Below, piece after piece: positions 12,466-24,900 of a DNA stretch of 64,000 nucleotides. The position numbers and the translations under genes are program-made. Where the stretch lies: positions 115,570,001 through 115,634,000 of the forward strand of contig NC_087436.1 of NCBI RefSeq assembly GCF_036321535.1, given 5' to 3'. Numbering within the stretch: the first letter of the stretch is position 1; each line of letters opens with the position of its first letter. The DNA is from Camelus dromedarius (lineage: Eukaryota). Under the pieces are notes generated by a model. It did not search any database, had not been told where the DNA came from, and was given only the letters and a program-made list of their open reading frames with translations.

Positions 12466-13028
12466 AACTAGCATTGATGTAAGCGGAACATGATGTACTG
12501 CTTCACTCAAAAACACATTTATACCCATTATAGTTCTATCAATGCCCTATTTCACAACAGGTGTAAGAAAAGGAATGGAACATGAGAGATTAGTGGCTGT
12601 CAAGTGCTTGCTTTAAAAGTAAAAAAGTTCTAGGGTAATAGCAACTTAGAAAATTATCATTCTTTTTATGAATTGAAAGAAATACATCTGTTTAAAATAT
12701 GACAAAATACATCTATTTGTCTACCTACCTAGGCAAACATTATATACACACATTTATATGCATATATTTCTTTATTTTCAAACTTGGTCCTGATTATCAT
12801 AATTTATGGTATGATCCGAAATAATCTGTACTTCCAGGAGAACAAACTCTTTACAAGCTCCTCAAACAGTGTATAATTTCAGACAAGAATTAACAACTCT
12901 GAGCTAATGATGGCAATGCATGTAGAATCTCTTACATTCTAAAAGAACTTTCATGTATAGCATTATCTTAGTTCCCCAAGACAAGTATGTCCTCAACACA
13001 GATCTCATTTAGCTTTTAATATATAAAA

Positions 13029-13038
13029 TATATATATA

Positions 13039-13090
<52 letters not shown>
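13029..13090. repeat. (TA)n/(TG)n microsatellite plus poly(T)
   Basis: Directly visible. Confidence 0.9.
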
Positions 13091-13799
13091 ACAAAGAACA
13101 CCCTAATTTGTTGATAAAGAAACTGGAACTATGGAGATGAACTGATTTCATCACGATCGCTGGTACTTTAAGTGGCAGGGCCAGGACAAACGGCAGGTGT
13201 CTGTCCTCAGTGCCAAGCTTCCTCTGGATAATGGAGATGTGAGAATAGAGTTGACATTCTGTCCTTGGCAGCTTATTCCACCTCACTTGACCATTGTCAC
13301 CTTACATTTTCAGGCCTTGAATCTGATGATATTCTTTGTGAAGGCAGTAACACCAACATCCTCCGATGTCAACCGGTCTCACAATATTGCCTAGCAATTC
13401 GTCTGTCTCCCTTATCTTCTCTTTCAATTTCCGCAGGGCATCTAGTTCAACATTGTTTCCCTTTGCTCAAGCTTCTGATCCTAGCAACGACCCCCTCTTC
13501 TTAGCAGGTGACCTAACCTTAAAATCTACAAAGGATGAGAAATTATTAGATGATAGCTCTGTCGACCACTTGGCAAAGAGATGGACAGTTTACTTCTCCT
13601 TATGGGAGTCATCCCTCTGGTCTTCATTCCATGTCCTTCTTTTGGGAAGGAAGGTGGATTGTTTACAATCCATTTTACTTCTATATGTTTACACCCTCAC
13701 TTTTCCCAGTTCCTTTACTTCTATGCTAACTCACTCAACCCGCTTCTATTTTTTTAAATGAGCAAAAGAAACAAGCCAATGAGCCAACAACAACATCAG

Positions 13800-14355
13800 C
13801 TATAACCACAAGTACAACACATTCCTGCTCTAGGAATCCGCTTTGGGGATTTATTGTGCACATGAACTTGTGTGAAATGATTCAAGAGCAAGGTTATCCA
13901 TCGCGGGCCTGCTGGCAATAGAAAGAGATTGGGAGCAAGTCGAGGGTCCTTCAATAGAGAATTGGTTAAATAATTGATGGTACAAGGTAATAACATGAGG
14001 CTATGGAAGAAAAGACAAAACAAAAAGGAAGCTATTTCAGAGCTGACATTGGAAGGATTCTCAAGGTAAGGTATAAAGTGAAAAAAAAAGCAAGGAACAG
14101 AATTGTATAAATAGTAATATGACTTGTTTAGAAGAGGGTGAAAAGATAAGAACCTATATTTTGACTTGCTTATTTACGTACAAGGAAACTCGTAGGGGAA
14201 GGTAAGAAACAAAATAGTGAACATCGAGGTGGGGTTATGATGGGGACTGGGTGGGAATAGAGTGGCACGTGGGCAGAGACTTCTCACTATAAAGACTTGT
14301 ATACTTTTTGGTTTATGAACCATGTGGATGCATTACCCATTTTTAAATTAAACTA
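13800..14355 (+). mobile_element. Ancient LINE-1 3' end (L1ME-like)
   Basis: Contains attcctgctctaggaat, ccttcaatagagaattggttaaataattgatggtaca, and a 3' UTR ending tgaaccatgtggatgcattaccca. Confidence 0.7.
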
Positions 14356-15174
14356 GAATACCTTATTTCCACATCTTGCTCCAATGATCAAATTCTCCCT
14401 ACTTCCTCTTTTATATGCAAACTTCTTGAAAGCCATCCATATCCTTGCATATAAGTTTTCACTTCCCTTTTTCTCTGTCCTTTATTGCTCTCCAGTGTCT
14501 GCATCCATTGTAACAATGAAACTGATCTCACTAACATTTTGCTTATTAAATCTTGTGGCCACCTCTCAATTAATCTAAAATAAACTATGGGCAGTATTCA
14601 ACATCTTTGCCTCTTAAAATATTCCCTCGTTTGACTGCGTGGTGGATTATTTTCCTGGATTCCCCCTTATGCTGCAGAATACCTTCTCAGTCTGCTTGGG
14701 ACCCTTGAGAGAGAATTTGCAGAATCTCAGATGAGCTTGGGCATGTCAGCTGGTGCTATGTTGGAGCATGTGTTTAGTGCCCAGGGGATCAAACATGAGA
14801 TCTTGTTCCTCTCCTGTGTTAATTCATTCAGTGACTTCTGTGCTGTCATTAGATGCAAGCTATATGCCAATGACTCACAGATGGATGTTCCCAGCTCCAG
14901 TGTCTCTTTTGAACTCTAAATTCTTAGCCAGCGTCCTATCTGCCACCTCATTTTGGATGTTACTTTGAGCATATTAATCTTAACATGCCTCAGAATGAAC
15001 ACTTGATTTCTCCCCCTCGTCTGCACTTTCAGTCTCATTCTCCCTTGCAGACCCTCGATCTGGGACATCAGCACTCCCTCTTCTTTTCAACTGTCCCATC
15101 CAACACCCTGGGTGAGATGCATACAGCCTCCTTTTTCTCCTTATTCCCTCCATCATTCAATCAGAAAATTCAGT

Positions 15175-15645
15175 TGTAATTGAGCGGGACCCTATGGGTC
15201 CCTCCCAGGACAGACTCCCTCCCTTATATCCTCTGCTTTAGTTGCCCTCTGAAGCACCTAGATAACAATATCTGATGCACATTTTCTGAGTTGTTTGACA
15301 GATGTTAAAACCCTCAGCAAATAAAAGAAATTAATTACTTGATGACCATGAGCTTGTAGCCACAAGACCTCCTGGTTCCCAAGGACTGCAATGTAACCCC
15401 TGTGACAACGCCCTGCTACCTCTCTATCAACCAGACAATTGTTCATGAGCTGATCACATAAGTTGGGACGCTCCTCCCTCACTGTGACTTTACAAAGGCT
15501 TCACTGAAACCCATTGGGGAATTTGGGTGATCTGAGCACTGTCTGCCCTGCACACCCTGCAATAAACACTACACTTCCCTTCACCACAGCCTGGTGTTAA
15601 CAGACTGGCTGTGCTGTGCATGGGTGAGCGGACCCAAGTTTGGTT
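15175..15645 (+). mobile_element. ERV1-type solo LTR, 3' terminus damaged
   Basis: Starts TGTAAT. AATAAA at ~15561 is followed by U5-like ggtgagcggacccaagtttggtt. The terminal CA and TSD are not evident. Confidence 0.75.
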
Positions 15646-15858
15646 TAAATTTTCTCCAACTTCTAAAATAATACAACTACTTCTCGAATCTTTAATCCAT
15701 GTCACCACAATCAAAGACACCGTCACCTTTCCCCTGGACTATCACGGTGGCCTCACGTCTGCAGCCCATCCACTTCAAAGCAGCCTGAACAATCTTCTAA
15801 AACGAAGGCAGACTTTGCCACACCCCATGCACAGCACTTCCCTTCTGTGACCCCCTTT

Positions 15859-16345
15859 TGTATTAGTTTTCTTTTGATCCGTGAACAATCATCATAAATG
15901 CCTAGCTTAAAATAGCACCAGCTTATTAACTCATGACTCTGTAGATTAGAAGTCCAGGAGTAGCAAGGCTGGGACCTCTAGGTTAGAAGGCCCATGGGCT
16001 ACGATGAGGTTCTCGGCCAGGGCTGTGCTTCCTTCCGGGGCTGGAGGCGCCCTTCTGAGCACATTCAAGTGGCTGGAGGATTCCCCCCTTACACCTGCAG
16101 GACTCCTTCTCCTTCCAGGCCAGCAGGGACACTCTCCTCACTTCAAATCTCAGGTCAGACCCACTGAGGCTAATCTCCATTTTTAAAATCTCTTTGCCAT
16201 ATAACGTTGCCTGTTCGTGGAAGTGACCGTCCATTGCACTCAGAGTTCACACTCACATTCTAGGGAGGGGATAGACAGGGCATCTATCGCGGAGGGAGGG
16301 TATCTTGTTGACTTGGGGGGGTCTTCAAAGATTTATGCTTCCCAC
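15859..16345 (-). mobile_element. ERVL-MaLR LTR (MLT1-type)
   Basis: Begins tgtattagttttc...gcttaaaatagcacc...ttattaactcatgactctgtag, typical of the reverse-complemented MLT1 end. Confidence 0.7.
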
Positions 16346-16726
16346 TCATTCTCATTCAGAGTAAGATTCAAATATTTCTTTGATCTTTCAGGATCTACCC
16401 CTGACTACCTCTCCAGTCCCATTTCTTACCTCCTTTCCCCTAATCACTTTGTTCCAGCTACCCTGTTTTGTCTGTTTGTTTGTTTTTGTGCTATTCCTCA
16501 AACATGCCAAATCTGCTTCTGTTAAGGGCCTTTGTTTTTCCATTTTTTTTCTACCAGTAACATTTGGTTATATATCCTCAGAGCTAATTACTTCTACTCA
16601 AATGTCATCTCATCAGAGAGGCCACCTATACCACAGAGCGCCCAGCCACCAGCGTCTCTCTCTCATCCAGATTTCCCTTTCCTTCAAAGCATATCAGCAC
16701 TCTCAGTGATGCATATTTACCTGTTC

Positions 16727-16729
16727 TGT

Positions 16730-16773
<44 letters not shown>
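16727..16773. repeat. (TG)n microsatellite
   Basis: Directly visible. Confidence 0.95.
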
Positions 16774-16777
<4 letters not shown>

Positions 16778-18049
16778 CCAGAAGAAATACAAGTCCCACA
16801 TGAGCAGGACTTTCGCTTGGTATAAGCTGGACTTCTCAGCATTTGGGAGAGTGCCTAGCACATAGTCTGTATCAGTAAGTACAAATTAAATTGACAAGTG
16901 AAAGTGTGTTGACTGAGGAAGTGGATTAATGGACAAATGAACCAGGTCATTGAATTCCGTGTTTGGTTCTGCAACTTTGGTCTGCTGAAAAATGTACAGG
17001 TGAGATACTAAAATCCTATCCATAAATATCTTGCATCTTCCAATCTAGCATAGAATGCCAAAATGTGCATTTGAAATATTCTTCCCATGATTTGGACGCT
17101 GGGAGCCACAACACTATGCTTACGCTGCTGTCCATGCTGTCACTGAATTGTGTTTTGGGGTCTTAACCACTACCTACCAAAGCCACCTACCCAGTCACGT
17201 TTGGATCTGGCTCTGGAACCAAGATCAATATCCATCCAGTGACCTTCATTCATTAATTTAATGGCATGCAATGTACCAGAATGTGCTCTGGGCACCAGGG
17301 GACAGCTAGGGTCAAGTGTGAGGGACACAGCATAAGGTAATGTGGGCAAGTGCTAAATAACTATACTGTAACTTCCATTCAGACCATCTTCGGCCGGCTC
17401 CCTCGGCTTCTATTTTGTGATGGCTGCAAACTACCTGAAAATTGTCCTGGGGAATTTATTTTAGACATTGATTTCAGTTCACTCAGTGACTTTACGCATC
17501 CTGTTCTTTGAATAGCCATCTCTCTGGAGAAGGCCTGGATCATCCATACCTTCCTTCTAGTAAATAATTAAAGCCACTCAGCACTGGACAGTTATAAGGC
17601 TGCCTTTCCTGGGCCCGGCATCCTCCCATCCACTGAACACACAGGCTTCTTTTGACAAATGTCATTGGTCCCCAAAGCATACTCATTCCTGGTAGGAAGT
17701 TTAATGATCTGAAGATTGCAGATCATGTCCCCTTATAATGTTAAGCGTTTATAGAAAGCACCTCCTACCTCCTGCAATTAAACAACAGTCTGTGGAATAA
17801 TTAGTCACAGAGAAAGATTGTCAGGTACTTTTAGGGTTTAGCAGGATCATATCCATTTCACCAGTAATTATTCAGGCAGGCCAAGACCTTTTCAGAAAGA
17901 TACTCAAAGAAATAATTTCTATTCTGCCAAATTTTATCTGCACGTGTTTTATTGTTTCAAAAGAGTTAAAGGTCAGTGGCAAGGTGAGTGATACCAAATA
18001 GGTATGCACAGGAAGAGAAATGTGAGGGACAAGGCTGTTTTTAAGAGGT

Positions 18050-18245
18050 AGTCTAGTGTGGTGGGGAAATTACATGGTTAGGAGTCGCTTAGAGCTAGTT
18101 ACAATTCTTCATTCTGCCACTTACCTAGTGTGACCTTGACCAGGCAACATAACCTTGCCCTGCTTATTATCTGCATCTGCAATCATGGAGGGAGTGACAC
18201 CTAGCTCCTGGGGTTATTGCAGGGATGCCAAGAGCTAACATACAG
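18050..18245 (+). mobile_element. MIR SINE
   Basis: Contains ttctgccacttacctagtgtgaccttgaccagg, the MIR core. Confidence 0.75.
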
Positions 18246-18447
18246 ATACGCCTGCCCCGGGGATGCAAAACGGATAAAAGATACAAATTCACAGCCATGA
18301 CAGTGAAGTTGCTAAAAAGCCAGTAATGGAAAAGTGTAAGACCCGGAACGGATTTTAGATGCTGGTGGAAATCCTATATTACAGAGATAAAGAGATTGAA
18401 CATGGTGCTGTATCAAAGTCTTGGGGCCTTATTCAGGAAGTGTTACC

Positions 18448-18478
<31 letters not shown>

Positions 18479-20426
18479 CTTTACAAAAACAAACACAAAA
18501 AAACAAACCTTGAGCATAATCCTTGCCTTAGGATAATAAAGGTAACATTTTTTTCACTCCACTTATTTCTTCCTCTTCATTTTTAAGTATTTTTAAAGCA
18601 CATTCAGAAAGCTTTGCAATTTATTTCATAGATACTTCCATTAAAATATTATATATCATTATGAATCAGTGAGATCTAAAAGTGGGCAAGGAATCACTGA
18701 ACCCACCATTGTTCAATTCATAGAAGACAATGACATGAATGACAGGTTGCAAATACCCATGTACACATATGGTCAGTCTAGTATAAACTGGGATTAAAAT
18801 GAGGCATTTGGAATCTTCTAACTTTTTCCAGTGCTGCAGATTAATGGAAGCCAGATGCATATAGTGGAGACAGTTTTTAAAGGGATTATGCTCAGAACTT
18901 CAGTGGCTTTACTCTTATCTCAGATTTTTTTCTCACTTACAGAAAAGAGAACGGATTGGTCTCGCTCTGCGTATCTGCTCATCCAAAATGAAGTCTGTTT
19001 GGAAATGGTGAATGAATGCAACAGAACACCTCTCTTTCAGAATAAGCTGGTTTGGGGTAATCAGGTTTCCATCATTTCGGGAGCCAGGTTTTCTTTTCTC
19101 TTTCCTCATTTGCCCTCCTTCAGTGCACCTCCTGCACAGTAGTCAGCAGAGGGGGTTTGAATAGCAACACTACTTTACATGTAAATGGAGCCTTTCATCC
19201 AAGTATCTCAAAGCTCTCTGCAAACATCATCTAGCTGAATATAGATGATGAGCATCCTTCCAAAGCTAAGAAAACGGGTGTCATGTGGGTAAGTGACTTG
19301 CCTAAGGTCGCCCACTAAGACTGGAGCTGCTCAGAGGTTGCTTCTGATCATCTGAGGATTTAGTCTCCCCAGCTTGCCCAGGTAAGGGAATCTGTCTGCA
19401 TTACAACTCAGAGCCCCTGCGCACCCCTACTTGAGTACCATTCCTTATGGTCACGTATCCCACAGTTACAGCTTTTTCATTCCATCGAGCATCTCACCCC
19501 ATAATCCGTTTTACAGCTTTCTGTCAATGTTGACCATACAGACAATGTCACAAATTACTATAATCCTTGAGGTTAAAGACAGTGGTTAGGACTTTCCCTT
19601 GTTGAGTTTTATTTTCCACTTTTGAGAACTTGACTCAATGAAACATAATGCAGTATGTTAAAAAAAAAAAAGTAGAGTTTAGAATGAAGAGAGAATTCTC
19701 AATTCTTATTTGCAAATCTAATCTGCAGGATGAATGAAATGCAAAGGTTGATGGTAAGGGAATGCTGCGGTTGCCAAGTGGAAGCTTTTAAAACCTGGGA
19801 ATGGAAAAGGCATTTCTACCGAATTATACAAGTGTGGTACTTGTGTTGGACTTCTGGAGGACCGAGTTAGGCTGTCTTAGTTACAGAATGTATATTGTAG
19901 AATATATTTTAGAAGAAAAAAAAATCTCAAATTTTCCATTTCTAAGGTGGAAATTTGTCATTAAAGCACGTATAAAGTGATAAGAAATGTGCATGTGCAG
20001 AAGGCACCCCACACCCCGTGGGAACTCCATGATGCTTCTCCCCTGCTTGCTCACTTAAGAGTAGGTATCGTGCTCTGATGGGGTTCAAAGAAGGGAGCGT
20101 CACGGTGCTGCCTCGCACAGTGTGTCCTCAAGTGGAAAACCAGACGGCTGGCTTCGGTTCCAGTCCTGCTGCTGTCAGTGCTCTGTGTGGCCTTCCTAGG
20201 TCATGAGTCCTCTTTCAGGCACAATTCATGCAACCAAAACAGAAAGGTTGAAACCGCATGATCTCTCAAGTTTCTCCCAGATCTACAATGTTATGAGTGT
20301 TCTATGCTTGGGGCATATCATGATTGTCTATGACAGTTTTTAACCATGATATCAGCTCTAGAATACTAACTATGCTGCTCCAAATAGTGCTAATTTCCCT
20401 AGATGACTCTTTTCATTACCCTGTAT

Positions 20427-20719
20427 CTGTGCTGTCCAGTAAGGAATCCACTAGCCACACTGGGCTATGAAACAACTGAAGTGTGTCTGGTCCAAATTGA
20501 GATGTGCTGTGGGTATAAAATGCACACCGTGTTTTAAAGACTCTTTAAAAAATTGTCTAAAATATCATTGTACGTTTTGATCTAATTGCTTATTGAAACT
20601 TTATATTTTGATAAATACACTGCTAAATTAATTTTATCCTTTCTTTTCACTTTTTTTAATATAGCTTCTAGAAAACTTCAAATCAGATATTCTTTTTCTA
20701 CTTCTGTTGGACAGCACAA
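20427..20719 (-). mobile_element. hAT-Charlie MITE (MER33-like)
   Basis: Terminal inverted repeats ctgtgctgtcca...tggacagcaca, with internal ccactagccacac...ggtccaaattgagatgtgctgt as in MER33. Confidence 0.85.
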
Positions 20720-23700
20720 GCCTAGATAACATGAAAAATATGTACATATGTGCTTGTATGCATAGGTAGTGATAGGTGTTATATGGTTATAATCAAACTG
20801 CAGGTTTTTACCTTGAATGTATCTTAAAAGCCCCTCGGAGCCAATTGACCTCAGCCCAATCACATATTATTATTCCTATTTTTTGAATGAGGCTCCAGTA
20901 GATCAACTGAATGGCCCTAAATCAGAAAGCTGGTAACAGCTGGTACCATGCCTGTACCTCAGTGTCTGTTTTAAATGTCACTGTACAAATCCACTTTAAA
21001 AATACTCTATATAACAGGTTCTTCCACTTTATACTCATTTTGGTCAAGTGACGTCTTAGGCTTAGAATATTTTTTGTCCATTTTAAAGACCTTTTTTGAG
21101 TCTGGCATTCTTGAACTTGATGCTGAAAGCTACTAACAACTGAGCAAAGATGTTGGGGTCTGAGGATGAACTACTTTTTCTTCCTGAAATTCTGAACAGT
21201 GGAGACATGGGACAAAGAAATAGCAAAGAGGAGAGGAGGGCAAAAGATGCTCTTCATCTCTAGAAAGCCTGTGTTGCTGGACTGCTGGACATTGCTTTCT
21301 TAATCAGTGGGCAATTAACAGGAGATTGACACCTGCTACATCTTTGTGATCCCCTTTCTGGAATTCCTACTCTGTAGTTCACATTTTGTCCCCAGAAAGC
21401 TCTCAGTTATGTCAGACGGGCTATTAGTTACGTGAATCCCACTGTCCCTTTACATTCCTTATTCCTTATTAATTCCACATTCTATTTCCCATCTTAACTT
21501 ACATCCAGCCAAATTGTCCAATACAGTATATGAACAGTTCTGCATGAGATGAAATTAAAAAAAAAAAGTTTAAATTCAACATTAAAAATGCAAAGTGATA
21601 TTCAGCTAATAAAATGTGAAAAAAATGAATATAGCCCAAATTGGAATATAAACTGCCTCTAATTATAAAATTCCCAAGGAGAAATCAAAGTCCAAAGATG
21701 ATTTCCCATTGTACTTTAAGTCCAAAGATGTTCAAGTTGGAAGGTATTAAAGCCCAACGCCAAATTGCCTTGCCCTTGTGAGTTAAAATTTAAAGAAGTT
21801 AAAGTCTAAAATTAATCCTATTTCACTTTTTATTCTCAGCCTCTGCTAGAGGATTGTCAGCATCAGAGGAGGTTGAGGTCCCTTTAGCGACCACCACCTG
21901 CGCTCTTTCCTTCTGGATTTTATTCCCATATTTGTACTAATTTAACACTAAACTCTCAGGGTTCTCACTTTTAAGAAGCCCTAAGAGTGAAATAAGCACC
22001 CATGGGTATCAAAGTATTGGCTCTTTATCTACCGAATTTAGAGGTCAACACCCAACTCTTAAAACTGCTATCCAGAGAAAACTGTGCTCCTAGAATGTGT
22101 ATTTAGCCTTGACAGAGACTGAAGTTTAAAACACAAGACCTGTATTTAGAATGAGTCTTACCCCTATGGTTGAATCATTGTCAACCAGAGCAGAGGCTCC
22201 GTGGTATCTGAGCAAAGGAAGATATATGGAGGAAAAAAGAACACAAACCAACCAACCAAAATCAATTTTCTTGTTTTTGCCCCTATTGGGCTAGTGTTAG
22301 TGTATACCAGTTGTGCAGTTGAAATAAGTCTTCAACTGGTGGTTACTTTTGGTTCTATCCACTAACCGGATTTCCCAGAGGAGATGGGCTCTGGGGGGGG
22401 TCCACATCTGCATGATGGTTTTAAATTCCGTCTGTCGTTTGAGTCACGTGTTTCTGGTACCTCAGCACCACAGCGAGCACAAGCTCTTTGTAAACGGGTA
22501 GCATGCCACTTTAATGAGTCCAGCCTCAGTTTTAATGTCGCCAGGCCTGCCTAAGCCTGGCCTGGACACTTTAAGCTCTAACTTTACTTCCTTACTGTCG
22601 TATTCCCCGAACGCAGCTGAATTGAATTTTCCAAGAGCGAAGCCTGTATGTAGAAAGATTCTTACCCTTATGGCTGTATCATTGCCTTTTCTATGCTGGT
22701 TAGGAAAAGCTTTTCCTGTCTAGGACGCCTTGAGGCTGTAAGGTGCTCTAGGGCCCCTCGCAATCTGGCTGACCTCTCATCCCTGTCGAGAACCTCACTG
22801 CCTGTCCGTCTAAGCTAACCGTAGTTCGTATTTGCAGTAGAGAGAACTTTGATGTCATCCTCTCTGAGTCAGTTACTTCTTTTCTGAGGCCAGAGACCAA
22901 CATTTCTTATCTAGCTTGGCTGTGTCTGCCGGAGCCAGTTATGGAGCCTGGGGGCCTTATCGAGGCCTGAGCACATCCGTATCCAGGTTTGCCTGTTTTC
23001 TTTGGACAAAGCCACCTAAAGCTGCAGTCATCCACCAAGGTCAAACCATCCTATGGCCAAAATATCCCTTTGTCTAAGCTTCAGCAGTTAAAAGACCATC
23101 ACACAAATACAACAAGCTGCTCAATTGAACGTATGCTTCTACAAACCACCAAGATTAAAATGTGTGGCCCATGCACTGAAGTCCTAAGTCAAAGACCCAG
23201 CACGCCGGCCCAATCACCCACTCCTTGAGCGGCTTGCTCGATGGTTTCTTTTCCCCCTCACTCATTTCTTGATCGATGTAGCCCATTCACCCGAGGTAGG
23301 TGTCTTTCAGTGGCCCGAGGAATAGCACTTCATTTCTCTGCCCAGATTATGAAAAAAATAAGAAATGTAACCAAGAAATGGAAAATACAAACCACATCAT
23401 TTTTAGTACTAATAAAATGTGGGTAGAAAATAAGGCTTATGGTGGACATATTTGTATGTAAGTCAACCTACACTCAGTAGACCCCAGAATTAGCTGGACT
23501 CACTCTTCTAGTCAAAGGCAACACTGAATGAGACGCACCTCCACAGGTAGGACACCTGCCCAGGTAAGGGTGGGGAATGAGCAATCCTCTCATAAGGCTG
23601 TCTCTCTTCCAAATAGAAGACAAGAGGTACTTAATCTAGCCAATTATTCTCAAATTACCAACCACATGAGTCACTCCATCTTCACTTTGAAGAAGTTTAG

Positions 23701-24499
23701 GGGCAGGGAAAAGCTGGGAGAGCTATAATTATGAGTTCTGTACAACGTGAAAAACATCTCAAAGTAGGGAAGCAGCATTACCCCCAGTCATAACTGTTAC
23801 AAAATTATAACATAATCATGCATTCATCTGAATTTTATCTTTCACCCCCCATTCTTACCTTACATCTAAATGAATGCACTTGATTGAAAGTCAGATTGCT
23901 TAACTTCATATTCTCAGCTGTTCGCAGTATATGGAAAAACCAACTTTTTTTCCCAGTCTCTGCAGCAGTCCACATAATAGTCTAGATTTTCACTCATATT
24001 GATCTGATCCACCAAATTTTTTCTTCACATGCTCTGACTGTCAAGCCTGCCTGCTTGTATTCACACTTCTCCATCAGTCAGAAATATCAGTTTTCAATGT
24101 TTGTCTATTTGAATCATAGTCATTCTACAAAGCCCTGGTAAAATCCTAGTCCTTTTAGGAAACATTCTTTAAAATTTGAAATACTCAGGTAGAATGCCTT
24201 TTCCTATCTCTATTCCCACAGCGTATTGAATTGCTCGTACGGAACTTACTTCACTCTTTCGGCCTTGTGGTATTGATGTCCGCCCCCATATTGGCTTGTC
24301 TTCCACAAACTAGCTTTAAGTTCCCAAGCAGCAGGGGTCACACTGTGCATCACCTCTGAATGTTCACAGTGCCTCCACAATTTTTTCTGCATTGTAAGAC
24401 TCTAATAATGCATTTTGGGCTAAATTCCTTGTTCCAAATGCTGAAATTTATAGACAGGAAACGGTGGGGTGCAAGAAAAGGGCATTAGCTTAAGCCATC

Positions 24500-24900
24500 T
24501 GTATTAACCAGGATACTTCAGGTCCAAGGGGGGAAAAATCAAGCTCAAACTGATTTAAGCAAAAGGGGAATATGGTGGTGTATAGACTAGGAGGCATTTA
24601 GGTTAAAGCCATTTCTGGCAGAGTTGTGTTTATGTTTTCAAACACTGACATGAAGTCTCCATCTTTATATTCTCTTGACTCCATTTGCTTTTGCCTTATT
24701 TTCACATTTTTTTTTAATGAATCATTTTAAGAACTACTTACTCAGCCCCAAGCCCACCTCAAGATTTGAGCTTGTAATTCCGGGGAAAATGAGAGCATTA
24801 TTTTCCTAATTGTCTAGAAGAGAACTCGGATTCATCTGCCTAACCTTGAATCATACACTATTACCAAGAGGCTGGGTCACAGGGGTTACGATCAGCGTCA
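24500..24900 (-). mobile_element. Old ERVL/MaLR LTR (MLT1J/K-like)
   Basis: Starts tgtattaaccaggatac...ctcaaactgatttaagcaaaaggggaat. Confidence 0.55.

Larger units (their letters stand above)
14380..16900 (+). mobile_element. LINE-2 fragment interrupted by an ERV1 LTR, an MLT1 LTR and (TG)n
   Basis: Collinear L2 pieces lie at ~14380-15170, ~15650-15855 and ~16345-16900 (tatatgccaatgactcacag; ccctggactatcacggtggcctc; agagtgcctagcacatag). Confidence 0.65.
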
